Positions 51,160 to 62,544 of a stretch of 64,000 nucleotides of DNA are shown one piece after another (position 1 is the stretch's first letter; each line of letters starts with the position of its first letter). The notes beneath the pieces were generated by a model that worked only from the letters and a program-made list of their open reading frames with translations, did not search any database and was not told the DNA's origin. Position numbers and translations under genes: made by a program. Where the stretch lies: assembly GCA_950097015.1 (NCBI GenBank), contig CATNEN010000037.1:2542001-2606000 (forward strand), written 5' to 3'. The stretch comes from Macrostomum hystrix (taxonomy: Eukaryota > Animalia > Platyhelminthes).

Positions 51160-52112
51160 GCCCTAGTAGATGGGTGACTGAGCTAGTAGATGGGTGACTG
51201 AGCTAGTAGATGGGTGACTGAGCTAGTAGATGGGTGACTGAGCTAGTAGATGGGTGACTGAGCTAGTAGATGGGTGACTGAGCTAGTAGATGGGTGACTG
51301 AGCTAGTAGATGGGTGACTGAGCTAGTAGATGGGTGACTGAGCTAGTAGATGGGTGACTGAGCTAGCAGATGGGTGACTGAGCTAGTAGATGGGTGACTG
51401 AGCTAGCAGATGGGTGACTGAGCTAGTAGATGGGTGACTGAGCTAGTAGATGGGTGACTGAGCTAGCAGATGGGTGACTGAGCTAGCAGATGGGTGACTG
51501 AGCTAGCAGATGGGTGACTGAGCTAGCAGATGGGTGACTGAGCTAGCAGATGGGTGACTGAGCTAGCAGATGGGTGACTGAGCTAGCAGATGGGTGACTG
51601 AGCTAGCAGATGGGTGACTGAGCTAGCAGATGGGTGACTGAGCTAGTAGATAGGTGACTGAGCTAGTGGATAGGTGACTGAGCTAGTAGATGGGTGACTG
51701 AGCTAGCAGATGGGTGACTGAGCTAGTAGATGGGTGACTGAGCTAGTAGATGGGTGACTGAGCTAGTAGATGGGTGACTGAGCTAGTAGATGGGTGACTG
51801 AGCTAGCAGATGGGTGACTGAGCTAGTAGATGGGTGACTGAGCTAGTAGATGGGTGACTGAGCTAGTAGATGGGTGACTGAGCTAGTAGATGGGTGACTG
51901 AGCTAGTAGATGGGTGACTGAGCTAGTAGATGGGTGACTGAGCTAGCAGATGGGTGACTGAGCTAGTAGATGGGTGACTGAGCTAGTAGATGGGTGACTG
52001 AGCTAGTAGATGGGTGACTGAGCTAGTAGATGGGTGACTGAGCTAGTAGATGGGTGACTGAGCTAGTAGATGGGTGACTGAGCTAGCAGATGGGTGACTG
52101 AGCTAGTAAATG
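51160..52112. repeat. Minisatellite, 20-bp unit agctagtagatgggtgactg (about 47 copies)
   Basis: Direct reading; lies between the convergent SMU1 and EGCase genes. Confidence 0.95.
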
Positions 52113-52927
52113 GGCAATTCTTTTTATATTATATTTATAAATCCATTTACATTAGTTTATTTGTTCCTTGTTACTTACTAAGTCGATCTTTGTGATCATC
52201 TTTTCTAAAATTCTAAAAACAATACGTTAACTCACTCGACATGTAAATAATAGTAAAAGTACATTTGTGTGTCTAGTTGCTCTTGTCATTTTCATTGAAA
52301 ACGAAAATAAAAAATGCTTACCTGCGACGTCTTTTTATCTAACTGATTGTCTGCCTTTGACTAAATGGCGAATTGAAAAAAATGAGTTTTTACTTTTGCT
52401 ATCTTCTACCTTTTTGCGTGTTCCATCGATAAGTTAAATATTTCGGAGCTAACATCCCTAATGAATGGGGAGATTTCGGAGCTGACATCCCACATGAATG
52501 GGAGATTTCAGAGCTGACATCCCAAATTAATGGGAGATTTCAGAGTTGACATTTTAAATCGGGATAAGAAAATAAAAAACTTGAAGTCGAATATTAACCA
52601 GCTAAAGTACAAACTGGAAGATTTCTTTAATTACACCGTAAATGGGTAATAGAATATTTCTTTTTTCATGCATATGCCCGGTTAGGCTGTAGCAGAAGTC
52701 GGAAAATTGCATTTATTAAATTGTGATTTCTTTATTTACCTACGTTGTATTTTTTAATAAGCTAATATAATGCCTGATGTTTACTGAATTTTATTTTCTT
52801 GTTACTTGGCTAAATTTTATTATTACTTTCCTCGTTTCTATTGTCGCTGCTTTATCGTTACTTAAGCTTAGTAATTTTTTGTTACTTTTCGTTACTTTCC
52901 TCGTTACTTTTATCGTTAATTCTGCCG

Positions 52928-55900
52928 CTACTTTCTCGTCACAGTAACGGTCACCGCAGCTTGAGCTCGATGAAGTCGCCGGTGTCCACCACCAGCTGGC
53001 GGCAGCACCAGCAGGTTGTTGCCGTCCAGCCTGCTGGTGAATCCGCCGGTCACATTCACGGACGCGCCATTAGGATAGTGCACGGACATTGGCAAGAACA
53101 CCACAGTCGGAGCCCGCACACTCAGGTCCGGCTGGAAGGTGAAGTCGAACCGGCTGGTGGTCGAATCGAAGGCGTACCTGACTGGCTGCCCGGCGGTGGC
53201 CATCGGGTAGGCGCGGGCGAACGAGCGCACCACCTCCCAGTTCCAGCCGCCGTCGGCGCGGGTGAAGTTCGAGTCCCAGTAGGTCCAGGACTGCTGCTGC
53301 TCGTCCAGGCGTTCGAGAACCTCGTTGCACTCAATGGTGCCCGTAGTGCTGCGGGGGCAGGGATTGTAAGCTGAGCTGATCAAATCCCCTTTCTGAATCC
53401 AAAGGAATTAAGGATTAGCAATCATGAGGGATTCAGGATTAGCCGCCCTGAATGATTAAGGACAACCGTGAAGGATTCATGATTAGCAATCACGAAGCAC
53501 GAAGGATTCAGGATTAGCAATCACGAAGCACGAAGGATTCAGGATTAGCAATCACGAAGCACGAATGATTCAGGGTTAGCAATCACGAAGCACGAATGAT
53601 TCAGGATTAGCAGTCACGAAGGATTCAGGATTAGCTATCATGAAGGATTTAGGATTAGCATTTAGCAATCATGAAGGATTTAGGATTAGCAATCATGAAG
53701 GATTCAGGATTAGCAATCATGAAGCACGAAGGATTCAGTATTAGCAATCATGAAGGATTTAGGATTAGCAATCATGAAGCACGAAGGATTCAGTATTAGC
53801 AATCATGAAGGATTTAGGATTAGCAATCATGAAGGATTCAGGATTAGCAATCATGAAGCACGAAGGATTCAGTATTAGCAATCATGAAGGATTTAGGATT
53901 AGCAATCATGAAGCACGAAGGATTCAGTATTAGCAATCATGAAGGATTTAGGATTAGCAATCATGAAGCACGAAGGATACAGGATTAGCAATCAAGAAGG
54001 ATTCAGGACTAGCAATCATGAAGGATTGCGGATTAGCAGCCCTGTCGGACTAGCTTAGATTCCTATTATTATCGGTCTAAAAAGGATTTCAGATTACGGC
54101 CTGACAGATAAGGGATTATGGAATGAGGGATTACAGAAACCTAGGAAAGCCCTGTCGACGCATTCTTAGCGTTCATTATTTTCGAAAACATCTAAGAATT
54201 CGTTACGCTACTTATAGTAGCAATATCAGTACACGTGCATTAAAAGAGAAGCAGCTCTGGCACAAACTTGGCCTGTCCGTTCGGTGCGCAGATGCCGAAC
54301 TCTGTAAGGAATCGTCCGCCACCCGTGGCGGCCGCAGCCTCCTTGGCGTTCTCCAGATTTCTCGTCAGCAGCACAGCGTCGCAGGCCAGCTGCTTCCACA
54401 GCGGAAAGTACTTGTACTCATCGCCTGGCGACACAATCCAGCAGTAGTAGTGGTAGCTGAGTGCGCTGCGGTTGGCGTTGGCCGGACCTCCGGGGAGCCG
54501 GGCGAACCCGGTGCCGCCCGTGCCGGTGCCACCGACCACCAGCGACCACGTCACCGGCTCGTAGAACACAATGCTGGCCGGGTCCTCATTGGCCAGCACC
54601 TGTACGTTTGCGGTTTTAGAAACAGTTTATGCACCAATCCCATTCAGGCTAGTTAGTTTCTTCAGTGACGCTTCAGCCACATTTCCTTCAGTAATCCTCC
54701 ATTCAAACTTCTTTCCGGGATCCTTCAGGGGGTCCTTTAGTGATTCATGGATCATTCAGGCACACTTCCCTTAGGGATCCTTCAGGTACAATTCCATCAG
54801 TGACCTCCATGGGCCTTCGGATTGTTCATCAATGCCACCCTTGAGTGTTTTATAGTGGTCCACGGCACCCGCGCCATCATCGCACCCGAGTCAGGTGGTC
54901 GTACACGGGCAGCAGGTTGTCTCTGCCAGCCACCCCTGGCAGCAGCAGGCTTGGCCGGCTGAAGATGTCGCCAGCCCAGGGCTCGTTGATGAGCTCGTAG
55001 CCCAGCAGGTGATCATTGGCACGGACCACTCCGGCCACGGAGCGCCAGAAGTTGGCCCAGTGCATCAGTGAGCCAGACTGGTTGTTGTACAGGTGCTGGA
55101 AGGCGCTGCTCACCGCCCAGGTGACGTAGCCCTCTGCCCAAGCGCTTGGCGGGCCAGGCAGGGGCCAGGGGTACGGCTGCGGCGGTGGCGGAAACGAGTC
55201 CACGAGCCAACGCGGCACGCCGTCGTAGCTCTGCGGGTGAGCCAGTCAGGTGTTTCAGGTTTCCTTCAGGACCAGCTCTCCGGTGTCCTTTAGGGCCAAC
55301 TCTCCGGTATCCTTCAGGGCCAACCCTTCAGTGTCCTTCAGGGCCAACCCTTCAGTGTCCTTCAGGGCCAACCCTTCAGTGTCCTTCAGGGCCAACCCTT
55401 CAGTGTCCTTCAGGGCCAACCCTCCAGTGTCCTTCAGGGCCAACCCTCCGGTGTCCTTCAGGGCCAACCCTCCGGTGTCCTTCAGGGCCAGCTCTCCAGT
55501 GTCCTTCAGGGCCAGCTCTCCAGTGTCCTTCAGGGCCAACCATCCGGTGTCCTTCAGGGCCAACCCTTCAGTGTCCTTCAGGGCCAATCCTCCGGTGTCC
55601 TTCGAGGCCAACTATCCAGTGTCCTTCAGGGCCAACTATCCAGTGTCCTTCAGGGTCAACTCTCCTGTGTCCTTCAGGGCCAACTATCCAGTGTCCTTCA
55701 GGGTCAACTCTCCTGTGTCCTTCAGGGCCAGCTCTCCAGTGTCCTTCAGGGTCTAATCTCTTAGAACTCCTTCAAGCCAAAATCCTTCAGGACTGTCGGG
55801 AATATTCTCTGAGAAGCTTGAGAACAATCCTATATTCTGCGGATATTCCAATGTTTCCCAAATGACTCACCCCGTACTTGCTGGTGAGCACATCCTGATG

Positions 55901-56269
55901 CATATCCATGATAGAGTACATATCGAATTCGGACAGTGTATTAACGATCTTGCCAATCACAGCCAGATAGGTGGCATTGACAGTATCACGTGCGGGCTGC
56001 ACTCCTGCCCACATGGTGCCCAGTCGAACCACATTCAGGCCCCAGTCCTGATAAGCCTTCAACAGGCTGCTATTGAGCATCTGGGCTGGATACCATGGCG
56101 CCTGTTTCAGTACGCTGTTAACTCCGTGGAAAATCCTGACGCGACCGAAGCCGTCAACGAACTGTCCTCGACTGTTTATGCTTATCTTGCCAGTTGATGC
56201 CTCGGAGTGACCTGCAACAGCTAGCAACAGCAGCAGCAGCGGCGCTGACTGCAACATTAAGCGAACCAT
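52928..56269 (-). CDS. Secreted GH5 endoglycoceramidase (EGCase-like; ~498 aa, 4 exons)
   Basis: Exons 56269-55871, 55230-54886, 54599-54268, 53348-52928 sum to 1497 nt in frame. Signal peptide, GRVRIFHGVNSV, NVVRLGTMWAG, DMHQD, acid/base GYELINEP, nucleophile FLTEFG, SWTYWD, RSFARAYPMATAG. Confidence 0.88.
53430..54035. repeat. Intronic tandem repeat, ~24-31-bp unit ggattcaggattagcaatcatgaa(gcacgaa)
   Basis: EGCase intron 3. Confidence 0.9.
55252..55752. repeat. Intronic minisatellite, 24-bp unit gtgtccttcagggccaaccctccg
   Basis: EGCase intron 1; 8-aa periodic spurious ORFs. Confidence 0.95.
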
Positions 56270-56639
56270 ACTTTGAATAACTTTCGCTTGGTCTGTAATT
56301 GTCTCCTCTTCGCGCTTCGCCAAATTTATGTCTGTCTTTTATCTGGCTCGCAGCCGAAATATAGATTAGATCGAAACCTTTCCATTTCATGAATCTTGTA
56401 GCCCTGGTCTGTACTTCAGGTAGGTGCTCGCTATTAGCTAGCTAGCAATTTCACTAAGCATTGAATTGATATCGAAAGCCTTTCAAATAAAATAAGCGTG
56501 TTTAGTTTGGCTTTCTTGGCAATCACCTTAGTGATAGCCCAATTAATTTGTCATTTTTACTGTTTTACTAATCACCAGATTCTGATAATCAAACAATTTT
56601 GAGTTTAGAAAATCACCCATCTGGCCAATCCCCAAAAGA

Positions 56640-57640
56640 TCAGTCACTCCGCCTAGAAGATTGGTCACTCCCCAGAAGATCGGTCACTCCGCCTAGAATA
56701 TTGGTCACTCCCCAGAAGATCGGTCACTACGCCTAGAATATTGGTCACTCCCCAGAAGATCGGTCACTCCGCCTAGAATATTGGTTACTCCCCAGAAGAT
56801 CGGTCACTCCACCTAGAATATTGGTCACTCCCCAGAAGATCGGTCACTACGCCTAGAATATTGGTCACTCCCCAGAAGATCGGTCACTCCGCCTAGAATA
56901 TTGGTTACTCCCCAGAAGATCGGTCACTCCACCTAGAATATTGGTTACTCCCCAGAAGATCGGTCACTCCGCCTAGAAGATTGGTCACTCCCCAGAAGAT
57001 TGGTCACTCCGCCTAGAATATTGGTCACTCCCCAGAAGATCGGTCACTCCGCCTAGAATATTGGTTACTCCCCAGAAGATCGGTCACTCCGCCTAGAATA
57101 TTGGTTACTCCCCAGAAGATCGGTCACTCCGCCTAGAATATTGGTTACTCCCCAGAAGATCGGTCACTCCGCCTAGAAGATTGGTCACTCCCCAGAAGAT
57201 TGGTCACTCCGCCTAGAATATTGGTCACTCCCCAGAAGATCGGTCACTCCGCCTAGAATATTGGTTACTCCCCAGAAGATCGCTCACTCCCCAGAAGATC
57301 GCCCACTTCCCAAAAGATCAGTCACTCCGCCTAGAATATTGGTCACTCCCCAGAAGATCGGTCACTACGCCTAGAATATTGGTTACTGCCCGGAAGATCG
57401 GTCACTCCCCAGAAGATCGCCCACTCCCCAAAAGATCAGTCACTCCGCCAAGAAGATTGGTCACTCCCCAGAAGATCAGTCACTCCGCCTAGAAGATTGG
57501 TCACTCCGCCTAGAAGATTGGTCACTCCCCAGAAGATCGGTCACTCCGCCTAGAATATTCGTTACTCCCCAGAAGATCGGTCACTCCGCCTAGAAGATCG
57601 GTCACTCCGCCTAGAAGATCGGTCACTCCCCAGAAGATCG
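56640..57640. repeat. Minisatellite, 40-bp dimeric unit (21+19 bp: gaagatcggtcactccgccta + gaatattggtcactcccca)
   Basis: Direct reading. Confidence 0.92.
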
Positions 57641-58157
57641 CCCACTCCGCCCACCTACATCAGCCCCCATCAGTCGCATTATCCACCTAAGCTCCAGACG
57701 TAAATCGGCCAAATCGTTGATCGATTTCTTCGGTCTAAAAGTGTTCTAGCAGTCCAGACTGTAAGGCTCAAAGCTTACAAGCTTCTATTGGAGCATGCAA
57801 TGGAAAACACATTAACGCGGTAACCAACCTGAAATCAATCGCAATCACTGGACTGAGGCAGACTTTGCCCCACGCACCGGCCCCACATTGGCTAAGTTTC
57901 CGCCTCGTTACTTCTGCAGAATCGATAATCCATATCCTTCTCCAATAAAGCGAGCTCCTCTCGCCGCTGTCTAGTCGCCAAATCAGTCGCCTATACTCTC
58001 CTATGCTGTCCCTCCGGCCGGATAAAGATTCGGCCGGAGGGACAGCTCCTGTCATGGGAAGAAATTGGCCAGCATTTTGTAATATACGTTGGAGACTGCA
58101 CTTTGCCAGCGTTCTTGAGTCACTGCTTTTTAACTCAAGCGGCTCTAGCGTGTAGCT

Positions 58158-60191
58158 CAGGGGTAGGCAAACTTATTTGCTGGCGGGCCAAAAAGAGAGC
58201 CTAAAAGACGACAGCGGGCCGCATTGACTGTATAAATATGAGATAGGGGAGAGATGAGACACGGGAGAGATGAGACACAGGAAAGATGGGACACGGGAGA
58301 GATTAGATACGGGAGAGATAAGACACGGGAGAGATGAGACACGGGAGAGATAAGACACGGGAGAGATGAGACACGGGGGAGATAAGACACGGGAGAGATT
58401 AGACACGGGGGAGATAAGACACGGGAGAGATCAGACACGGGAGAGATTAGACACGGGAGAGATTAGACACGGGAGAGATAAGACACGGGAGAGATGAGAC
58501 ACGAGAGAGATGAGACACGGGAGAGATAAGATAGGGAAGAGATAAGACACGGGAGAGATGAGACACGGGAGAGATTAGACACGGGAGAGATTAGACACGG
58601 GAGAGATTAGACAGGGAAGAGATTAGACACGGGAGAGATTAGTCACGGGAGAGATGAGACACGGGAGAGATGAAACACGGGAGAGATTAGATACGGGAGA
58701 GATGAGACACGGGAGAGATGAGACAGGGAAGAGATGAGACACGGGAGAGATTAGTCACGGGAGAGATTAGTCACGGGAGAGATGAGACAGGGAAGAGATT
58801 AGACACGGGAGAGATGAGACACGGGAAAGATTAGATACGGGAGAGATGAGACACGGGAGAGATTAGACAGGGAAGAGATTAGACACGGGAGAGATTAGTC
58901 ACGGGAGAGATGAGACACGGGAGAGATGAGACACGGGAGAGATGAAACACGGGAGAGATTAGATACGGGAGAGATGAGACACGGGAGAGATGAGACAGGG
59001 AAGAGATGAGACACGGGAGAGATGAGACACGGGAGAGATGAGACACGGGAGAGATGAGACACGGGAGAGATGAGACACGGGAGAGATTAGACACGGGAGA
59101 GATGAGACACGGGAGAGATGAGACACGGGAGAGATAAGATAGGGAAGAGATGAGACACGGGAGAGATTAGACACGGGAGAGATTAGACAGGGAAGAGATT
59201 AGACACGGGAGTGATGAGACACGGGAAAGATTAGATACGAGAGAGATGAGACACGGGAGAGATTAGATACGGGAGAGATTAGATACGGGAGAGATGAGAC
59301 ACGGGAGAGATGAGGCACGGGAGAGATGAAACACGGGAGAGATTAGATACGGGAGAGATGAGACACGGGAGAGATGAGACACGAGAGAGATGAGACACGG
59401 GAGAGATAAGATAGGGAAGAGATGAGACACGGGAGAGATGAGACACGGGAGAGATGAGACACGGGAGAGATGAGACACTGGAGAGATTAGACACGGGAGA
59501 GATGAGACACGGGAGAGATGAGACACGGGAGAGATAAGATAGGGAAGAGATGAGACACGGGAGAGATTAGACACGGGAGAGATTAGACAGGGAAGAGATT
59601 AGACACGGGAGAGATGAGACACGGGAAAGATAAGATAGGGAAGAGATTAGACACGGGAGAGATTAGACACGGGAGAGATGAGACACGAGAGAGATGAGAC
59701 ACGGGAGAGATTAGATACGGGAGAGATAAGACACGGGAGAGATGAGACACGGGAGAGATAAGACACGGGAGAGATGAGACACGGGGGAGATAAGACACGG
59801 GAGAGATTAGACACGGGGGAGATAAGACACGGGAGAGATCAGACACGGGAGAGATTAGACACGGGAGAGATTAGACACGGGAGAGATAAGACACGGGAGA
59901 GATGAGACACGAGAGAGATGAGACACGGGAGAGATAAGATAGGGAAGAGATAAGACACGGGAGAGATGAGACACGGGAGAGATCAGACACGGGAGAGATG
60001 AGACACGAGAGAGATCAGACAGGGAGAGATAAGATAGGGAAGAGATTAGACACGGGAGAGATTAGACACGGGAGAGATTAGACACGAGAGAGATGAAACA
60101 GGACACTGTAGATGTCAGAAGGGGCAACGGGCCGGATTTGGGAGCTTCGAGGGCCGCATCTGGCCCGAGGGCCGGAGTTTGCCGACCCCTG
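58158..60191. mobile_element. Complete non-autonomous hAT (Charlie/Buster-like) element carrying an internal minisatellite
   Basis: TIRs caggggtaggcaaact (58158) / agtttgccgacccctg (ends 60191), 15/16. Perfect 8-bp TSD gtgtagct at 58150-58157 and 60192-60199, with central TA. Subterminal gggccg motifs at both ends. Confidence 0.9.
58245..60100. repeat. Purine-rich minisatellite, 16-bp unit gagagatgagacacgg, inside the hAT element
   Basis: Direct reading. Confidence 0.95.
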
Positions 60192-60984
60192 GTGTAGCTC
60201 GTATCTCAGGAACCAATCCCCTTATACTCCAGGTCTATTCCTAATTAGACAGAATGTGTGTGAGTGTGTGTGTGTGTCTGTAGTTAGGCTCCCAGAGACA
60301 GGCTCTAGTCGCCTTTTCGCTAGAATTTAAGGGTTTTAACTTTCTAGCTCGTAGATAGCCAGCTTTCAAGAAGATTCGTGCCCTTAGAGAAAAAGCCAAA
60401 AAACGCATTGGAAAATGGCCCCTGTCAATCGCCGGGTAACCAAGACTGGGATTGGCTCCCAAACTGTTCGCTCCCTCTACCATTCTTCCCTCCCTCCCCA
60501 GTATTCTCCTCATTCGTGTGGGAGTGGTATTTCCTCGCCTATCCTGGCCTTGGCCAGACTTGTGTGCGGTTGCGGTAGGGGGGTGGAGGAGGGTCAGGAC
60601 TTTAGCCCAGTTGAATGCGAGTGTGCGGGTCGGTAGTGCTGTGGGTGTAAAGGCTGCAATACTATATAGCTATGCTGCACAGCCCGCATAAACTTCTCCT
60701 ATACCATATACAACTACTAAGGATCCCTTGGCTAGGGTGCCTACACTACCCGCCTGTTCTAGCGAGTACTGCGAAATTTGCTTACTTAACATAGATCATC
60801 ATTATCATCATCAGCTTTGGCTGCTGTGCAATCATTCTGAGGTCGCTTGGTGAGTGAACTTACCTGATTTATTGTCAGGAAATCGTGCTCAAAACACTCA
60901 CTCTACTTTTCTCGATTAAAGCCAAACGAGAAAGGACCGGCTATGCCTGTGCTTTAAACTGAATTGAAGGAAATTGACAGCTGG

Positions 60985-61935
60985 GGGAGAGGAGAGACTG
61001 GGAGAGGAGAGACTGGGAGAGGAGAGACTGGGAGAGGAGAGACTGGAAGAGGAGAGAGTGGGAGAGGAGAGACTGGGAGAGGAGAGAGTGGGAGAGGAGA
61101 GACTGGGAGAGGAGAGACTGGAAGAGGAGAGAGTGGGAGAGGAGAGACTGGGAGAGGAGAGAGTGGGAGAGGAGAGACTGGGAGAGGAGAGACTGGGAGA
61201 GGAGAGAGTGGGAGAGGAGAGACTGGGAGAGGAGAGACTGGAAGAGGAGAGAGTGGGAGAGGAGAGACTGGGAGAGGAGAGAGTGGGAGAGGAGAGACTG
61301 GGAGAGGAGAGACTGGGAGAGGAGAGAGTGGGAGAGGAGAGACTGGGAGAGGAGAGACTGGAAGAGGAGAGACTGGGAGAGGAGAGACTGGAAGAGGAGA
61401 GACTGGGAGAGGAGAGACTGGGAGAGGAGAGACTGGGAGAGGAGAGAGTGGGAGAGGAGAGACTGGGAGAGGAGAGACTGGAAGAGGAGAGAGTGGGAGA
61501 GGAGAGACTGGGAGAGGAGAGAGTGGGAGAGGAGAGACTGGGAGAGGAGAGACTGGGAGAGGAGAGAGTGGGAGAGGAGAGACTGGGAGAGGAGAGACTG
61601 GAAGAGGAGAGAGTGGGAGAGGAGAGACTGGGAGAGGAGAGAGTGGGAGAGGAGAGACTGGGAGAGGAGAGACTGGGAGAGGAGAGACTGGGGGAGAGGA
61701 GAGAATGGGAGAGGAGAGACTGGTAGAGGAGAGAACGAGAGAGGAGAGACTGGGAGAGGAGAGACTGGGAGAGGAGAGACTGGGAGAGGAGAGACTGGGA
61801 GAGGAGAGACTGGGAGAGGAGAGACTGGGAGAGGAGAGACTGGGAGAGGAGAGACTGGGAGAGGAGAGACTGGGAGAGGAGAGACTGGGAGAGGAGAGAC
61901 TGGGAGAGGAGAGACTGGGAGAGGAGAGAACGAGA
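60985..61935. repeat. Purine-rich minisatellite, 15-bp unit gggagaggagagact
   Basis: Direct reading; source of 250-350-aa spurious ORFs. Confidence 0.95.
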
Positions 61936-62544
61936 GAGTAGAGACTATCACAGCAATTAACAAACGAAACCAAGTGAAAACCAAGATGGATGCATTTAAA
62001 GGCCATCTATATGCACGACTTTGTAGTTATATATTCTTCTTTTCATTTGCATTGCCTCAGACGCCACCAGACTTGTTGTGGGAGCTAAGCCAGTGTGCAT
62101 ACAACCTCTGCATTCATCTCTGCAGTGCGTGTGTGTGGGGTCTGTTTGTGATTGTTTGCCCACCGCAGCTCCACATATAGTTTGGTCCCAAGCGGCCTGG
62201 AGTGCTAGCAGTTGTTATCGTGCACTGGCGGGGCAGTGTGTCAAGCCGGACTTTGAATTTCTCAACGTGCTGCCAGCATTCTCTCTCTCTCTCTGTGTGT
62301 GTTTTCAAAGGCCGCTTTCCGTTCTGGTCATGAATTTTTTAATCTCTCTCTCTCTCTCTAACCTGCAAGAAGTTGAATATGTTCAATTCCTTGCCAATAA
62401 GGTAAAAGGAAATTAATTATGGCACACAAGAAGTCTGAGCTTACTATTATTACTCACTTCTATTTGAACTGACTACTGGATGGAATGGAACCATAAAGGT
62501 CAGTTTTCATCGCATGTCTTACGTCTCCCCTAAATACACTTTTT

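Noticed and set aside
53349-53383. Upstream acceptor for the last EGCase exon adding SAYNPCPRS
   Set aside because: In frame, but the acceptor at 53349-53351 has the better pyrimidine tract and gives a spacing closer to known EGCases; cannot be excluded as a minor isoform
60200-60700. Cluster of short ORFs right of the hAT element, possible retroelement fragment
   Set aside because: No RT, integrase, endonuclease or LTR/PBS motif recognisable by eye
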